A stretch of 64,000 bases of DNA from Macrostomum lignano. Taxonomy: Eukaryota. Shown here piece by piece: positions 36,401-51,400 of this stretch. The position numbers and the translations under genes are program-made. The stretch's first letter is position 1; the number at the start of each line of letters is the position of its first letter. Under the pieces are notes generated by a model. That model was not told the origin of the DNA. It made no database searches and worked only from the letters and a program-made list of their open reading frames with translations. Location: the NCBI GenBank assembly GCA_002269645.1, contig NIVC01000591.1, positions 434,001-498,000 of the forward strand, written 5' to 3'.

Positions 36401-39400
36401 ACGCGTCGGGATTCGTTGGCAGGTAGCAACCGGTTCGAAGTTGGACTTCGCGGAGAGCTCGTCGACAAGCTTCCCGACGGCGTTCGCCTTTCTCGTAGTC
36501 TTTGATGATGGCGGAGATGTTGGTGACCTCGTGGAAGAAATCGAACTCGCGATCGTAGAAACTTCTGAAGGAAATCAGATGGTTAATATTGACAGCATTA
36601 AAAGTGATTTGCCCAATATGTATTGAAGAAAATATAACAAATGGAACATCGATCTATCAATAGATACTACTGTACTTTGCCGATATGTATTGAATGAAAC
36701 AACTAGTGGGGCATTGAAACACGGATGGATAGTTTGCCGATATGTATCGAATGAAACATAACTAATGGGCATTAAATTACTGATGGACAGTTTGTCGATA
36801 TGTATCTAAAGTTATTAAACCTAAAGTCACCAGAAGGAATTACGGGGAGTTTTTATGTAGCCGATATGTATCTTTAACTTTCAAAAATCCTCACCTAGAA
36901 TTGCCGTCCAACTGTCCAACAATATGATCCATCAGTTTTAACAGAGTAGACCCAATCGCCGGATCGATAACTTTGCCCTCATCGTCTTTGTAGGCGTTGG
37001 TCTGCATATTCCACAACAACTGATGGGCGCACAGCTGAGATCGCTTGGCCAAGTTGAGAATGAACTCAGTCATGTAGCCCATCTGATCGTAGCGAACTGC
37101 CTGCACCAGCTGGGGAATGTAGAATATCATCGCCTCGGGCGGGTAGGAAGCCAGGGTGCGCACCGCGTACTGATGAGTCAGCGGGTGGGCGGCGTACATT
37201 CGGCTGAAGAAGGCCAGGGCGTCCACTGGGCTTACCGGCGCCCAGGTGAGCATATGGGTGAGTTCAGGTACGTCATTATCTACGTTGCTAGGCGTGGCCA
37301 GGAATTGGAGCGCCTCAGGCACGCTGTTCACGTAGTCCGGGTTGCAGCAGACCAGCCGGCACACCTGGCGAGGGCGGGTTTGGGATTATTAGCTAGAAGT
37401 GATAGTCAAATCCCTAATAATTAGAAATGGTACATATTCCTAATTAGAAATGGCACATATCCCTAATTAGAAATGGCACATATCTCTAATTAGAAATGGC
37501 ACATATCCCTAATTAGAAATGGCACATATCTCTAATTAGAAATGGCACATATCCCTAATTAGAAATGGCACATATCCCTAATTAGAAATGGTACATATCC
37601 CTAATTAGAAATGGTACATATCCCTAATTAGAAATGGTACATATCCCTAATTAGAAATTGCACATATCTCTAATTAGAAATGGCACATATCCCTAATTAG
37701 AAATGGCACATATCCCTAATAATTAGAAATGGCACATATCCCTAATTAGAAATGGTACATATCCCTAATTAAAAATGGCACACATCACTAATTAAAAAGG
37801 GAACACAATCATAAATCAGCAACCGCATACCTCCGTAAGCAGCTCATTAGAGTTGGGAAACCGCAGCGGAAGGAACACGGCAAGCACAGGGTTGACCCGC
37901 CAAGCAAGGCCAGCGTAGGCTCGCAGTTCCTTCTGTTTCAAAGTCTGCTTGGACAAGAAATCGTTTAGCTTGGCCTCCTTATCGGCGGGGAAGGCTTGAT
38001 CCTGCCGAGCGATGGGGTTGCACCAGGTGATGAGGCGCTCGAGCTCGTTAGTAACTAACAGCAGAATCAGCTGACGCCGTCTTAGATACTCCTTAGTAAC
38101 GGTGTTAGAAGATGGGGCGCCGATGCCGGCGGTGGACGCCGCGCCGGAAATGCCGCCGCCGCCTCCGACGCCGCTTCCGGCGCCCAAAGTTGCAGAACCG
38201 TCGCGCACAACGCCCAGTCGCTGATGGCCGCTGGCGCTGCTGCCGGCGCCCACCCTGCCAAGCGTCGACGACGCAGCGCCTGAAATGGTCGCCGAAGTTC
38301 CAGTCGCTGCAGCCAAGGACGGCGAGGTGGACATCGAATGGCCGTGATGATGATGCTGCTGATGCTGACTGACATTCATCGTTGAAGCCGACGAAGCGAC
38401 GGTAGCCGCTGCCGTCGCCAGTCGATCGTCGAATCGATGCACCGTCGCCGTGGCGTCGAACCGACCAGAGGCGGCGCGGCCGCTACCAATGGCGCTGCCG
38501 CCGCTGCCAGAGCCGACGCCGACACCGCCGGCGCCGCCAGCGTGAAGAGTCAGCGCTGTCATGGCCTGGCTTTCCAGGCCGCCCTCCAGCGACTTCTTCT
38601 CCACCTGGTTTGGTTGAAGCATTTCTGTATGAGTCTCAGGGTCGACTATTTATTTGAGAATATGAAGGGCGATTTTAGGGAGACTTCAAAAGCGATTTTT
38701 GGGGGATCTTTAGAAGCGATTTTTTTTGAAGATCTCAAGGGCGACTTTGAAGGATCTGAAAGGCAATTTTTCGGGAATCGCAAACGTGATTTTGGGGGAT
38801 TTCAAGGGCGATTTTAAGTGATTTCAGGGGCGATTACTGGGTATTTCAAGGGGCGATTTTTTGTAATTTTAAGGCCTTTCTTAGGGGATTTCAGGGGCGA
38901 TTACTGGGGATTTTGAGGGGCGATTTTTTGGATTTCTCAGGGGCAATATATCTGAGAATTTCAATGACGATTATAAGGGGGTTTCAATAACGACTTTTAG
39001 AAAAGTTTAGGGGCGTTCTTAAGGATTTTAAAAAGCGGTTATTGGAAACCTAGAGGGCGATTTTCGGAATCTCAAACGTTATTTTCGAGGATCCCAAGGC
39101 GATTCTTAATTAGAATATTTACCAAGGGAATGTAGTGAATTGAACTTACAAGCATATTCTCAAAGAAGTCAATCAGAGCCAGCACATCGTTACGCAACTG
39201 CCAGCCATACTGAGCCGGGAAACTCGGCCGCCTAGTGAAATGCTTTAATGCGCAGGCGTAGACTTTATCCCGCAGCACGGCCTTAGCAACCGGTTGGAGA
39301 CGGCCGCTAGCCTGTATGACAACCAGGCCCATCCATAGCAGGCGGAACAGCACGCCCGTAGCGGCGATATGTTTCGAAACAAATGGCAGCGATCTGGTGA

Positions 39401-42400
39401 GCATATTGGCAACTAGAGACACCCGCTCCGTGCTGATGTACTTGAATGCGGTGAGCTGCTCGCTGAGGAAGCCGACCCAGATTCTGTGCGGCTCAACATC
39501 CGGCACTGGCTGGCTCAGCTGGTAATCCTCGCAGAAGACCAGTGGGGTTGGGTCGGCCTTCGACTTGGCGAACAGGCCGATACGGCGCTCTGCGCTCACC
39601 TGTGTAAGATTCGCGATTGTGATTTTTATTACTAAAGCTACTGTGAGTAGTCAATTGCATGGCAGATTGCTTAGTAAATTAGATGCCCGAGCACAAATAT
39701 CTATAGACCAGTCTGACACTTCTAATAAGCAATCTATCTAGATTATTAGAATTATGTTATACAAAATCTACACTCAATCTAAAAGCCGCATACATTAATC
39801 TATAGATTAGTATGGTAACTCAAAACGGAAGTCTATAGATCAGTCTGGTGACTCATCACGGAAATCTATAAATCAGTCTAATTAACAAATTACGGAAATC
39901 TATAGATCAGTCTGATGACTCATCACAGAAATCTATAGATCAGCCTGATGACTCATCACAGAAATCTATAGATCAGCCTGATGACTCATCACAGAAATCT
40001 ATAAATCAGTTTGATTAAGAAATTACGGAAATCAATAGATCAGTCTGATGGCTCATCACAGAAATCTATATATCTGCCTGATAACTCATCACGGAAATCA
40101 ATAGATCAGTCTGATGGCTCATCACAGAAATCTATATATCTGCCTGATAACTCATCACAGAAATCTATATATCAGCCTGATAACTCATCACGGAAATCTA
40201 TAGATCAGCCTGATGACTCATCACAGAAATCTATAGATCAGCCTGATGACTCATCACAGAAATCTATAGATCAGCCTGATGACTCAGCACAGAAATCTAT
40301 AGATCAGCCTGATGACTCATCACAGAAATCTATAGATCAGCCTGATGACTCATTACAGAAATCTATAGATCAGCCTGATGACTCAGCACAGAAATCTATA
40401 GATCAGCCTGATGACTCATCACAGAAATCTATATATCTGCCTGATGACTCATCACAGAAATCTATAGACTAGCCTGATGACTCAGCACGGAAATCTATAG
40501 ACTAGCCTGATAACTCATCACGGAAATATATAGACTGGCCTGATGACTCAGCACGGAAATCTATAGATCAGCTCCTGACGGCGCGCCTCACCTGAAAAGC
40601 GGAGCAACACTCGGTGAAGAGCAGGGAGCTGAGGTGCGGCTTGGCGGTGATCACCCACAGCCAGCAGGACACGGCAGCGTCGAGTACATCGGAGTTGAAC
40701 TGCCTCAGCCCCGCCCAGCACAGGTCGTGCAATAGCGGCCGGACACATTTGTCCGGAGTGTCCGGGTGAACAATCAGGGCGCAGAGGCGGAACAGGGAGC
40801 TGGTGTGATCCGGGCTGGAGAGCAGCTGGTCGGTCAGTAGGCTCTGCAGCTGGGGCAGGTCTGTCAAGGACCGCATGCCATCTACCGCCCCAAGGCACCT
40901 GTTGGGTTAGGTGGATCGGATGGTTAACTTTGTCAGTGCATGCCAATTGATTTGGTTTGTGAGAATACCATATGTAGGAGTCTTAGTGCCACACCACAGC
41001 CCGATTTCACACCACAGCCAGATCCCACACCACAGCCCGATCCCACACCACAACCCGATCCCACACCACAGCCCGATCCCACACCACAGCCCGATTTCAC
41101 ACCACAGCCCGATCCCACACCACAGCCCGATCCCACACCACAGCCCGATCCCACACCACAGCCCGATCCCACACCACAGCCCGATCCCACACCACAGACC
41201 GATCCCACACCACAGCCCGATCACACACCACAGCCCGATCCCACACCACAGCCCGATCCCACACCACAGCCCGATCCCACACCACAGCCTGATCCCACAC
41301 CCTGGTCCCTGGATCCCATAGCATAAAACACCCGATTCCATACCCTACAATCAGCGATCCCATACCCTACAATCAGCGATCCCATACCCTACAATCAGCG
41401 ATCCCATACCCTACAATCAGCGATCCCATACCCTACAATCAGCGATCCCATACCCTACAATCAGCGATCCCATACCCTACAATCAGCGATCCCATACCCT
41501 AGAATCAGCGATCCAATACCCTACAATCAGCGGTACCATACCCTACAATCAGCGATCCCATACCCTACAATCAGCGATCTTATACCCTAGAATCAGCGAT
41601 CCCATACCCTACAATCAGCGGTACCATACCCTACAATCAGCGATCTTATACCCTAGAATCAGCGATCCAATACCCTACAATCAGCGATCCCATACCCTAC
41701 AATCAGCGATCCCATACCCTACAATCAGCGATCTCATACCCTACAATCACCGATCCCATACCCTACAATCAGCGATCCCATACCCTACAATCAGCGATCC
41801 AATACCCTACAATCAGCGATCCCATACCCTACAATCAGCGATCTTATACCCTAGAATCAGCGATCCCATACCCTACAATCAGCGATCCCATACCCTACAA
41901 TCAGCGATCCCATACCCTACAATCAGCGATCCCATACCCTAGAATCAGCGATCCAATACCCTACAATCAGCGGTACCATACCCTACAATCAGCGATCCCA
42001 TACCCTACAATCAGCGATCCAATACCCTACAATCAGCGATCCCATACCCTACAATCAGCGATCCCATACCCTACAATCAGCGATCTTATACCCTAGAATC
42101 AGCGATCCCATACCCTACAATCAGCGATCTTATACCCTAGAATCAGCGATCCCATACCCTACAATCAGCGATCCCATACCCTAGAATCAGCGATCCCATA
42201 CCCTGCAATCACCGATCCCATACCCTACAATCAGCGATCCCATACCCTATAATCACCGATCACATACCCCACAACATCCCAATCCCACACTGTAAAAACC
42301 AGCACCGCAACCCCACACCCAAACCCCACACGCACCTGGCCCTGAGCTGCAGTACAGCCACGCAGTTGCTCATATCCCTGCTGATACACCTGGGCAATTC

Positions 42401-45400
42401 CGAAGTCTCCTGATTGGGCTTCGATTTCGAATACCGGTGATAACCGGCCAGCGCGAGAATCTGCTCGGCAGCGTACGATAAGCCGCAATGCTGGCCCCGG
42501 ATAGCCTCGGCAACGCTCTGATTATCCAACAGGTAGTGCACCAGGTGAGACCGAACCAGACCGGGACACCAGGTGGTAGCCTCTCGCAGAATATTACTGC
42601 AGTGACCAACAAAATGAGTCACTCGAGTTTTCCTCTCGCTAAGCCGATCGGCTATCACCAGGGTGAATGGGGTGTTGGGAACGGAGTACACGGGTGCGGC
42701 CTCGTTGGGATCGACTTCCAAGGATTGGCTGAGCAGTTGGCAGATGTTCAAGATGGCCGTTAGAACTTTTCCGCTCCACATGACGTGAGGGAAATTTTTT
42801 ATTAGCGTAGTCAACTGCTCGTCAGCTTGATTGCGCACCTTCTGCTTGACGTGGTTGAACATTACCAGCAGGAATTGGGCGTGCGATTCTACCAGGTTGG
42901 AGACGGCCACGTGATCCGAGTGGCGCTTCAGGTGTTGCAGGTATTTTAACCAGATTCGCCGGCTCAGGGCTGCTAGGCAGTTCCACATTGAGGCTGGTAG
43001 GATAAAATCAATTATCCTTAGTTCACTAATTGTTAGGCTAATTGTTTCATTAATTGATTCGCTAATGATTTTCACTAATCAGTTGGCTAATGATTTTCAC
43101 TAATCAGTTGGCTAATGATTTTAACTAATCAGTTGGCTAATGATTTTAACTAATCAGTTGGCTAATGATTTTCACTAATCAGTTGGCTAATGATTTTCAC
43201 TAATCAGTTGGCTAATGATTTTCACTAATCAGTTGGCTAATGATTTTCACTAATTAGTTTGCTAATGATTTCACAAATTGATTTTTTTACTGATTTATTT
43301 ATGAGAAATTACAATTTCTCATAAATAACATTCTCATTTATCATTTCTCATTTCTCAATATGAGAAAATTATTTTACTGATTTATTTGCTAATGAATTCA
43401 CTAATTGATTTGCTAATTGGTTCACTAATTAATTTGCTAATTAGTTCACTAACGGATTCGCTAATTAATTTACAAATTTATTTGTTAATGAATCCACTTA
43501 TTGGTTCGCTAATGATTCCATTAATTGATTTGCTAATGCTTTTATTACTGATTATCTAATTATTTTACTGATTGATTTGCCAACTATTTCACTAATTGAT
43601 TCCTAATGCTTCTACTAATTGATTTCCTAATGGCTTCACTATTTCACTAATCAGTTAGCTAATGATTCCACTGATTGATAAATAACGTACTATTTTTCTC
43701 TTTAAGAAATATTTCATCTTCCAAATAGCGAAACAGTCGAGCAGGTGCGCCCTCGTGACTGGAGTTCAGTATGCTGAAATTGCATTATAAAATTTTTATT
43801 TGGGCAATTATTAATACGGCAAGGATAATTAGGTGCGAAAACTGAAGTCCTGCATTTAAACTAACCAGAGCAGTTCCAGATTGTACACAGCCAATAGATA
43901 GGCCACCTGAGGCGGGGTCAGCGGCCTGATGTCGTACTCTAACGAAGTCTTGCTAGCGTCCAACAATACAATGATGCGGAGTCGCTGCTTCAACTCTTGA
44001 TCTTCGGTCTGAGGAGAATGAGCCAACATTATTGCTAATTGGTTAATTTCTGACTGTAATTAGATTCTATAAATACTATATGGTTAATTATTACTTTAGT
44101 GAAAATTGATCAGGACAAAATGATTATTATAAATGGGTTGATATATATAGACAGGCAGTTAAAGATATAGCTCTAATAGGTCTAATAGGTGGACAGTCAG
44201 GAAAGTATATATATAACTAGCTGGTATTTGGTAAGATAAGATAATGTAGGTAGGTACGTAGATAGGTAGGTAGATAAGGTAGGTGTATGTGTAGATAAGG
44301 TAGGTGTATGTGTAGATAAGGTAGGTGTATGTGCAGATAAGGTAGGTGTATGTGCAGATAAGGTAGGTGTATGTGCAGATAAGGTAGGTGTATGTGCAGA
44401 TAAGGTAGGTGTATTTGTAGATAAGGTAGGTGTATGTGCAGATAAGGTAGGTGTATGTGAGGATAAGGTAGGTGTATGTGTAGATAAGGTAGGTGTATTT
44501 GTAGATAAGGTAGGTGTATGTGTAGATAAGGTAGGTGTATGTGTAGATAAGGTAGGTGTATGTGTAGATAAGGTAGGTGTATGTGCAGATAAGGTAGGTG
44601 TATTTGTAGATAAGGTAGGTGTATGTGTAGATAAGGTGAGGTGTATGTGTAGATAAGGTAGGTGTATGTGTAGATAAGGTAGGTGTATGTGCAGATAAGG
44701 TGAGGTGTATGTGTAGATAAGGTAGGTGTATGTGTAGATAAGGTAGGTGTATGTGCAGATAAGGTAGGTGTATGTGTAGATAAGGTAGGTGTATTTGTAG
44801 ATAAGGTAGGTGTATGTGTAGATAAGGTAGGTGTATGTGTAGATAAGGTAGGTGTATGTGCAGATAAGGTAGGTGTATGTGCAGATAAGGTAGGTGTATG
44901 TGTAGATAAGGTAGGTGTATTTGTAGATAAGGTAGGTGTATGTGTAGATAAGGTAGGTGTATGTGTAGATAAGGTAGGTGTATGTGTAGATAAGGTAGGT
45001 GTATGTGTAGATAAGGTAGGTGTATGTGTAGATAAGGTAGGTGTATGTGCAGATAAGGTGAGGTGTATGTGTAGATAAGGTAGGTGTATGTGTAGATAAG
45101 GTAGGTGTATGTGCAGATAAGGTAGGTGTATGTGTAGATAAGGTAGGTGTATTTGTAGATAAGGTAGGTGTATGTGTAGATAAGGTAGGTGTATGTGTAG
45201 ATAAGGTAGGTGTATGTGCAGATAAGGTAGGTGTATGTGCAGATAAGGTAGGTGTATGTGTAGATAAGGTAGGTGTATTTGTAGATAAGGTAGGTGTATG
45301 TGTAGATAAGGTAGGTGTATGTGTAGATAAGGTAGGTGTATGTGTAGATAAGGTAGGTGTATGTGCAGATAAGGTGAGGTGTATGTGTAGATAAGGTAGG

Positions 45401-48400
45401 TGTATGTGCAGATAAGGTAGGTGTATGTGTAGATAAGGTAGGTGTATGTGCAGATAAGGTGAGGTGTATGTGTAGATAAGGTAGGTGTATGTGTAGATAA
45501 GGTAGGTGTATGTGTAGATAAGGTAGGTGTATGTGCAGATAAGGTAGGTGTATTTGTAGATAAGGTAGGTGTATGTGTAGATAAGGTGAGGTGTATGTGT
45601 AGATAAGGTAGGTGTATGTGTAGATAAGGTAGGTGTATGTGCAGATAAGGTGAGGTGTATGTGTAGATAAGGTAGGTGTATGTGTAGATAAGGTAGGTGT
45701 ATGTGCAGATAAGATAGGTGTATGTGTAGATAAGGTAGGTGTATTTGTAGATAAGGTAGGTGTATGTGTAGATAAGGTAGGTGTATGTGTAGATAAGGTA
45801 GGTGTATGTGCAGATACTGATAAGGTAGGTGTATGTGTAGATAAGGTAGGTGTATGTGTAGATAAGGTAGGTGTATGTGTAGATAAGGTAGGTGTATGTG
45901 TAGATAAGGTAGGTATAAATGCAGATACACAATGAGAAGCAGGCAGAAAGGCAGGGAAGCCACAGAAAACGCGCATCAAACCGCAGACCCACCACATTGG
46001 AGGGCAGAGGCAGAGCGGTCGGCACCCGTTCAGAGTTCTGCTTCTCGGCACCGCTCAGCAGCAGAGGACTTTTCACCGCGATTTCCCGAATACCGCGAAG
46101 CCACTCCTTGGGCCACTCTGTAATGACAAGCGAATGCAACGATACAAAAAAAATACAATAAGCAAAATGCTCGGCATATACTACTTACTATTAACTGGAG
46201 CATTCTCGTGCACAAAGTCCAGCAGTACGCAGTAGAGCCAGAAGTCTTTGAACAGTTTGCCCAAACGCATTTTGGGCTCAACGGTGGTTGGAAGCCGGCT
46301 GACAAGCTGGAAGGAATGTTTCAAAATGAGTTCTAGGATGAGACTGAGACACGTTAGGAGCCCGTAAAAGCCTTTTAAAAATTCATTATCAAAGATTAAG
46401 GACTCGATTAAAAATATCAGGTATGACTGTGACATAGTATCATGTGTATGAATATTGGTGTGATGAAAATCTCATCTGAGATATTCAAGATGCTAAATAA
46501 TCTCTCGTGAGATTATTGAGATGACAGATAATCTCAGGTGAGATTACTGAGACGATAGATAATCTCAGGTTGGATTACAGACACGATAGATAATCTCAGG
46601 TGAGATATGCAAGATGCTAAATAATCACAAGTGAGATTAATGAGACAATAAAAAATCTCATCTGAGATATGCGAGATGTTAAATAATCTCAAGTGAGATT
46701 ATTGAGATGACAGATATTCTCAGGTGGGATTACTGAGACGATAGATAGTCTCAGGCGAGATATGCAAGACACTAAATAATCTCAGGTGAGACTACTGAGA
46801 CGATAGATAATCTCAGGCGAGATATGCAAGATACTAAATAATCTTAGGTGAGATTATCACGGTGGCAAATAATCCTAAAGTAAGACAATCAAACAATCGA
46901 AATCCTCAACAACAAAGACAGACTCACCACGGCAATAACTGGAATGAGCGACCCCAGGCACTCGGTGACCTTCCTACGAACCGCTTTCAAATCAGTCAAT
47001 CGATTTCTGGCCTCCAAATCTAGCAGTACAAACAGCTCCAGCAGGCGACCCAACAGATCGTACAGACTTTCCTCGCCAGTGACGCTGGCTCCCATATTTG
47101 CGTAGGCGTTGATCACGTGATTTAGCAGGGTTTGACTCGATGACGGGTCGGACAAGGAATGACGGACTGATAGCTCGCTAAACAAGCTCAGAATTTGATG
47201 GTCCACCGTAGGCTGAATTGGGGAGGATAATGATGTTAGTTTTAGAGCTTGTGAAGTTCTCAATCCATGAGGTTTCGAGCTTGTGAAGTTTCGAGTTTGT
47301 GAAGATTCCAGTTTGCGAAGATTCGAGTTTGTGAATTGAAGATTCAAGTTTGTGAAGATTCGAGCTTGTGAAGATTCGAGTTTGTGAAGATTTGAGTTTG
47401 TGAAGATTTGAGTTTGTGAAGATTCGAGTTAATGAAGTTTTGAGCTTGTGAATTGAAGATTCAAGTTTGTGAAGTTTTGAGCATGTGAAGATTCGAGTTT
47501 GTAAAGATTTGAGTTTGTGAATTCTCAAGTTTGTGAAGATTCGTGTTTGTAAAGATTTGAGTTTGTGAAGATTTGAGTTTGTGAATTCTCAAGTTTGTGA
47601 AGATTCGAGTTTGTGAATTCTCAAGTTTGTGAAGATTCGAGTTTGTGAAGATTTGAGTTTGTGAAGATTCGAGTTTGTGAATATTCGAGTTTGTTAATAT
47701 TCGAGTTAATGAAGTTTTGAGCTTGTGAATTGAAGATTCAAGTTTGTGAATTCTCAAGTTTGTGAAGATTCGAGTTTGTGAAGATTTGAGTTTGTGAAGA
47801 TTTGAGTTTGTGAAGATTTGAGTTTGTGAAGATTTGAGTTTGTGAATTCTCAAGTTTGTGAAGATTCGAGTTTGTGAAGATTTGAGTTTGTGAAGATTTG
47901 AGTTTGTGAAGATTTGAGTTTGTGAATTCTCAAGTTTGTGAAGATTCGAGTTTGTGAAGATTTGAGTTTGTGAATTCTCAAGTTTGTGAAGATTCGAGTT
48001 TGTGAAGATTTGAGTTTGTGAATTCTCAAGTTTGTGAAGATTCGAGTTTGTGAAGATTTGAGTTTGTGAAGATTTGAGTTTGTGAATTCTCAAGTTTGTG
48101 AAGATTCGAGTTTGTGAAGATTCGAGTTTGTGAAGATTTGAGTTTGTGAAGATTCGAGTTTGTGAATATTCGAGTTTGTTAATATTCGAGTTAATGAAGT
48201 TTTGAGCTTGTGAATTGAAGATTCAAGTTTGTGAATTCTCAAGTTTGTGAAGATTCGAGTTTGTGAAGATTCGAGTTTGTGAAGGTTTGAGTTTGTGAAG
48301 ATTTGAGTTTGTGAAGATTTGAGTTTGTGAATTCTCAAGTTTGTGAAGATTCGAGTTTGTGAAGATTTGAGTTTGTGAATTCTCAAGTTTGTGAAGATTC

Positions 48401-51400
48401 GAGTTTGTGAAGATTTGAGTTTGTGAAGATTTGAGTTTGTGAATTCTCAAGTTTGTGAAGATTCGAGTTTGTGAATATTCGAGTTTGTGAAGTTTCGAGC
48501 TTGTGAAGATTCGAGTTTGTACAGCTCAAAAACACGCTCACGCATCCAGCTATGATGAGGCAGCCCAGCTGGTCAATAATAGTGCCGCCCAGATCCACAG
48601 GCAGACGCTGCGTTTGCACCTGTTGCAGACTCTGCTGAAAGAATTGCACAACAGCTTCTTGTGTTCGACTGCCGCGATTGTCTTCGATGCAGTTGCGGAG
48701 TTCCACGGCAACTCGACCCAGCGACAGGATGGTGTTCACGTACATCAGGTTCGTGTCTCTGTGGGCGGCAAGGTTCAGTTCTGGCTGTCAGACTCTGGTG
48801 TGAAAGTACGCTTTCTACCTGAGACCATTCACTGCTTATCACTGAGCATCACAGCTCACATCAGCTACATGAGCACCCTCCCCGAGCATCACAGCTCATA
48901 CCAGCTACATGAGCACCCTCCCCGAGCATCACAGCTCACATCAGCTACATGAGCACCCTCCCGAGCATCACAGCTCATACCAGCTACATGAGCACCCTCC
49001 CGAGCATCACAGCTCACATCAGCTACATGAGCAACCCTCCCGAGCATCACAGCTCATACCAGCTACATGAGCAACCCCCCCTGAGCATCACAGCTCACAT
49101 CAGCTACATGAGCAACCCTCCCCGAGCATCACAGCTCATACCAGCTACATGAGCAACCCTCCCCGAGCATCACAGCTCACATCAGCTACATGAGCACCCT
49201 CCCCGAGCATCACAGCTCATATCAGCTACATGAGCAACCCTCCCCGAGCATCACAGCTCATACCAGCTACATGAGCAACCCCCCCTGAGCATCACAGCTC
49301 ACATCAGCTACATGAGCAACCCTCCCCGAGCATCACAGCTCACATCAGCTACATGAGCAACCCTCCCTGAGCATCACAGCTCATACCAGCTACATGAGCA
49401 ACCCCCCCCCGAGCATCACAGCTCATACCAGCTACATGAGCAACCCTCCCCGAGCATCACAGCTCATACCAGCTACATGAGCAACCCTCCCCGAGCATCA
49501 CAGCTCATACCAGCTACATGAGCAACCCTCCCCGAGCATCACGGCTCATACCAGCTACATGAGCAACCCTCCCCGAGCATCACAGCTCACATCAGCTACA
49601 TGAGCAACCCTCCCCGAGCATCACAGCTCACATCAGCTACATGAGCAACCCTACCCGAGCATCACGGCTCACATCAGCTACATGAGCACCCCTCACTAAC
49701 CCGAGCTCACAAGCCGACAATCCAATAGCAAACCTACCGAGTAGACTCAACAGCCAGGAAGAACCTGGCACTAACAGACGCCAGGAAGAAGTCAATAAGA
49801 GTTGGATCAACGATCAGCACACGACACAAACTGGCAATTGCCGTATCCCGGACTTTGTGCAGCAGCTGAGTAGCCAAGTCTCTTCTAGCAGCAGCAGCGG
49901 CAGACAGACCGGCTTTGCCAGAGACGGCCCCGCTAGCGGACTCTCTCGACCTAGCTGCATCCAACCTGCTCAAGATTCTGGACGGTAACAACAGGAAATC
50001 ATTCAGACAGTCCAGCGCCTCCTTAGCAATGGAGTTGAACCGCTGAGCGAGGCGACCGATGCCGTACAGGACGGCCAGCAGGTGGCTGGAGCTGCCGAGG
50101 GCGTGCTTGCGGGACTCGTCCTTGGCCCAGCAGATCAAATTGTTGGACAGAGAGTCCACGTCTTCGACTCTGGGTTGTGTGTTGTTTGTTTTCGTGTGGG
50201 CGTGTGAATGCAAACTTATTTTGCAATAAAATCAAATTTAAGACTTTATTCACAGGTTCACAGCTGAAAGATTTACAACCTAAAGATTTTTACGTCCTGA
50301 AGATTCACAACCACAACGACTGACTTCCTTAAGATTCACACCTCCAAATACTCACACTCCCAACGATTCACACCACCCACTACGATTCACACTCCCAACG
50401 AATCACATCTCCAAAGATGCACACCCTAAAGATCCCATACTTTAATGATTCACATTCCAACGCTTCACACCCTAAAGATTCACTCCCCTAACGATTCACA
50501 TTCTAAATATTCACACCCACTACGATTCACACCCTCAACGAATCACAGCTCCAGAGATCCACACCCTAAAGATTCACATCAACAAGAATTCACATTCTAA
50601 AGATTCGCGCTTAAAGATTCACACTCCGATTGAAACTATTCACACCCATGAGCATTCACATTCCGGAGTATTCACATCTAAAGATTTACAGCCACAGAAA
50701 TTCAACATCCAGGACATTCTCTAAACTTAAAATTAAAACCCCATTTAACTCACCTGCTAACCAGACAAACCAGAGCGGGTACACAGGCGGCGCTGCACTC
50801 CACAGCCAGACCAAACGGACTGACGCAGCTACCGTGAGCCAGTCTCTCAGACTCTCGGCCGTACAGGCTGCTAATCTGTTCATTGGACTCTTTATAAGTG
50901 GACATTACTAACGATTGCAGCTTTTGAGTGAGACTGGCGCTCAATTGAGTATGTTGAGCTCGGACAATATCGCGGATCAGCAGCAGATAGCAGAGCAGCG
51001 CGGGCCGGTACAGGGTGCAGTAGGGGTACCAGTGAGGCCGGTGCGGCCTGACGTGCTCGTCAAAGAAGTCCGCAGCAGACGGCTGACCAGAGCAGGTCTC
51101 AGTCAGGGTGCGAAACAGCTGGCAGATCTGCGTTGGGATGGATGCGATGTGGGCATTGGCTGCTAATTGGATCTCGGGGAGGGCAAAGTCCACGTGAAGG
51201 ATCTCAGGGAGTGCACAGTCCACCTGAAGGATCTCAGACAGGGCACAGTTTACTTGAAGGATCTCAGGGAGTGCACAGTCCACCTGAAGGATCTCAGGGA
51301 GGGCACAGTCCACCTGAAGGATCTCAGGGAGGGCACAGTTCACCTGGAGGATCTCAGGGAGGGCACAGTTCATCTGAAGGATCTCAGACAGGGCACAGTC

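Noticed and set aside
39830-40570. CTGATGA...GAAA resembling a tandem hammerhead ribozyme
   Set aside because: The 9 nt between CTGATGA and GAAA cannot form stem II, and no stem I/III with a UH site is evident
44159-46139. Three long ORFs (588-640 aa; YTYLI/HIHLP/THTPTLS)
   Set aside because: Translations of a stop-free 21-bp intronic minisatellite; only 46117-45993 is PI4KA exon
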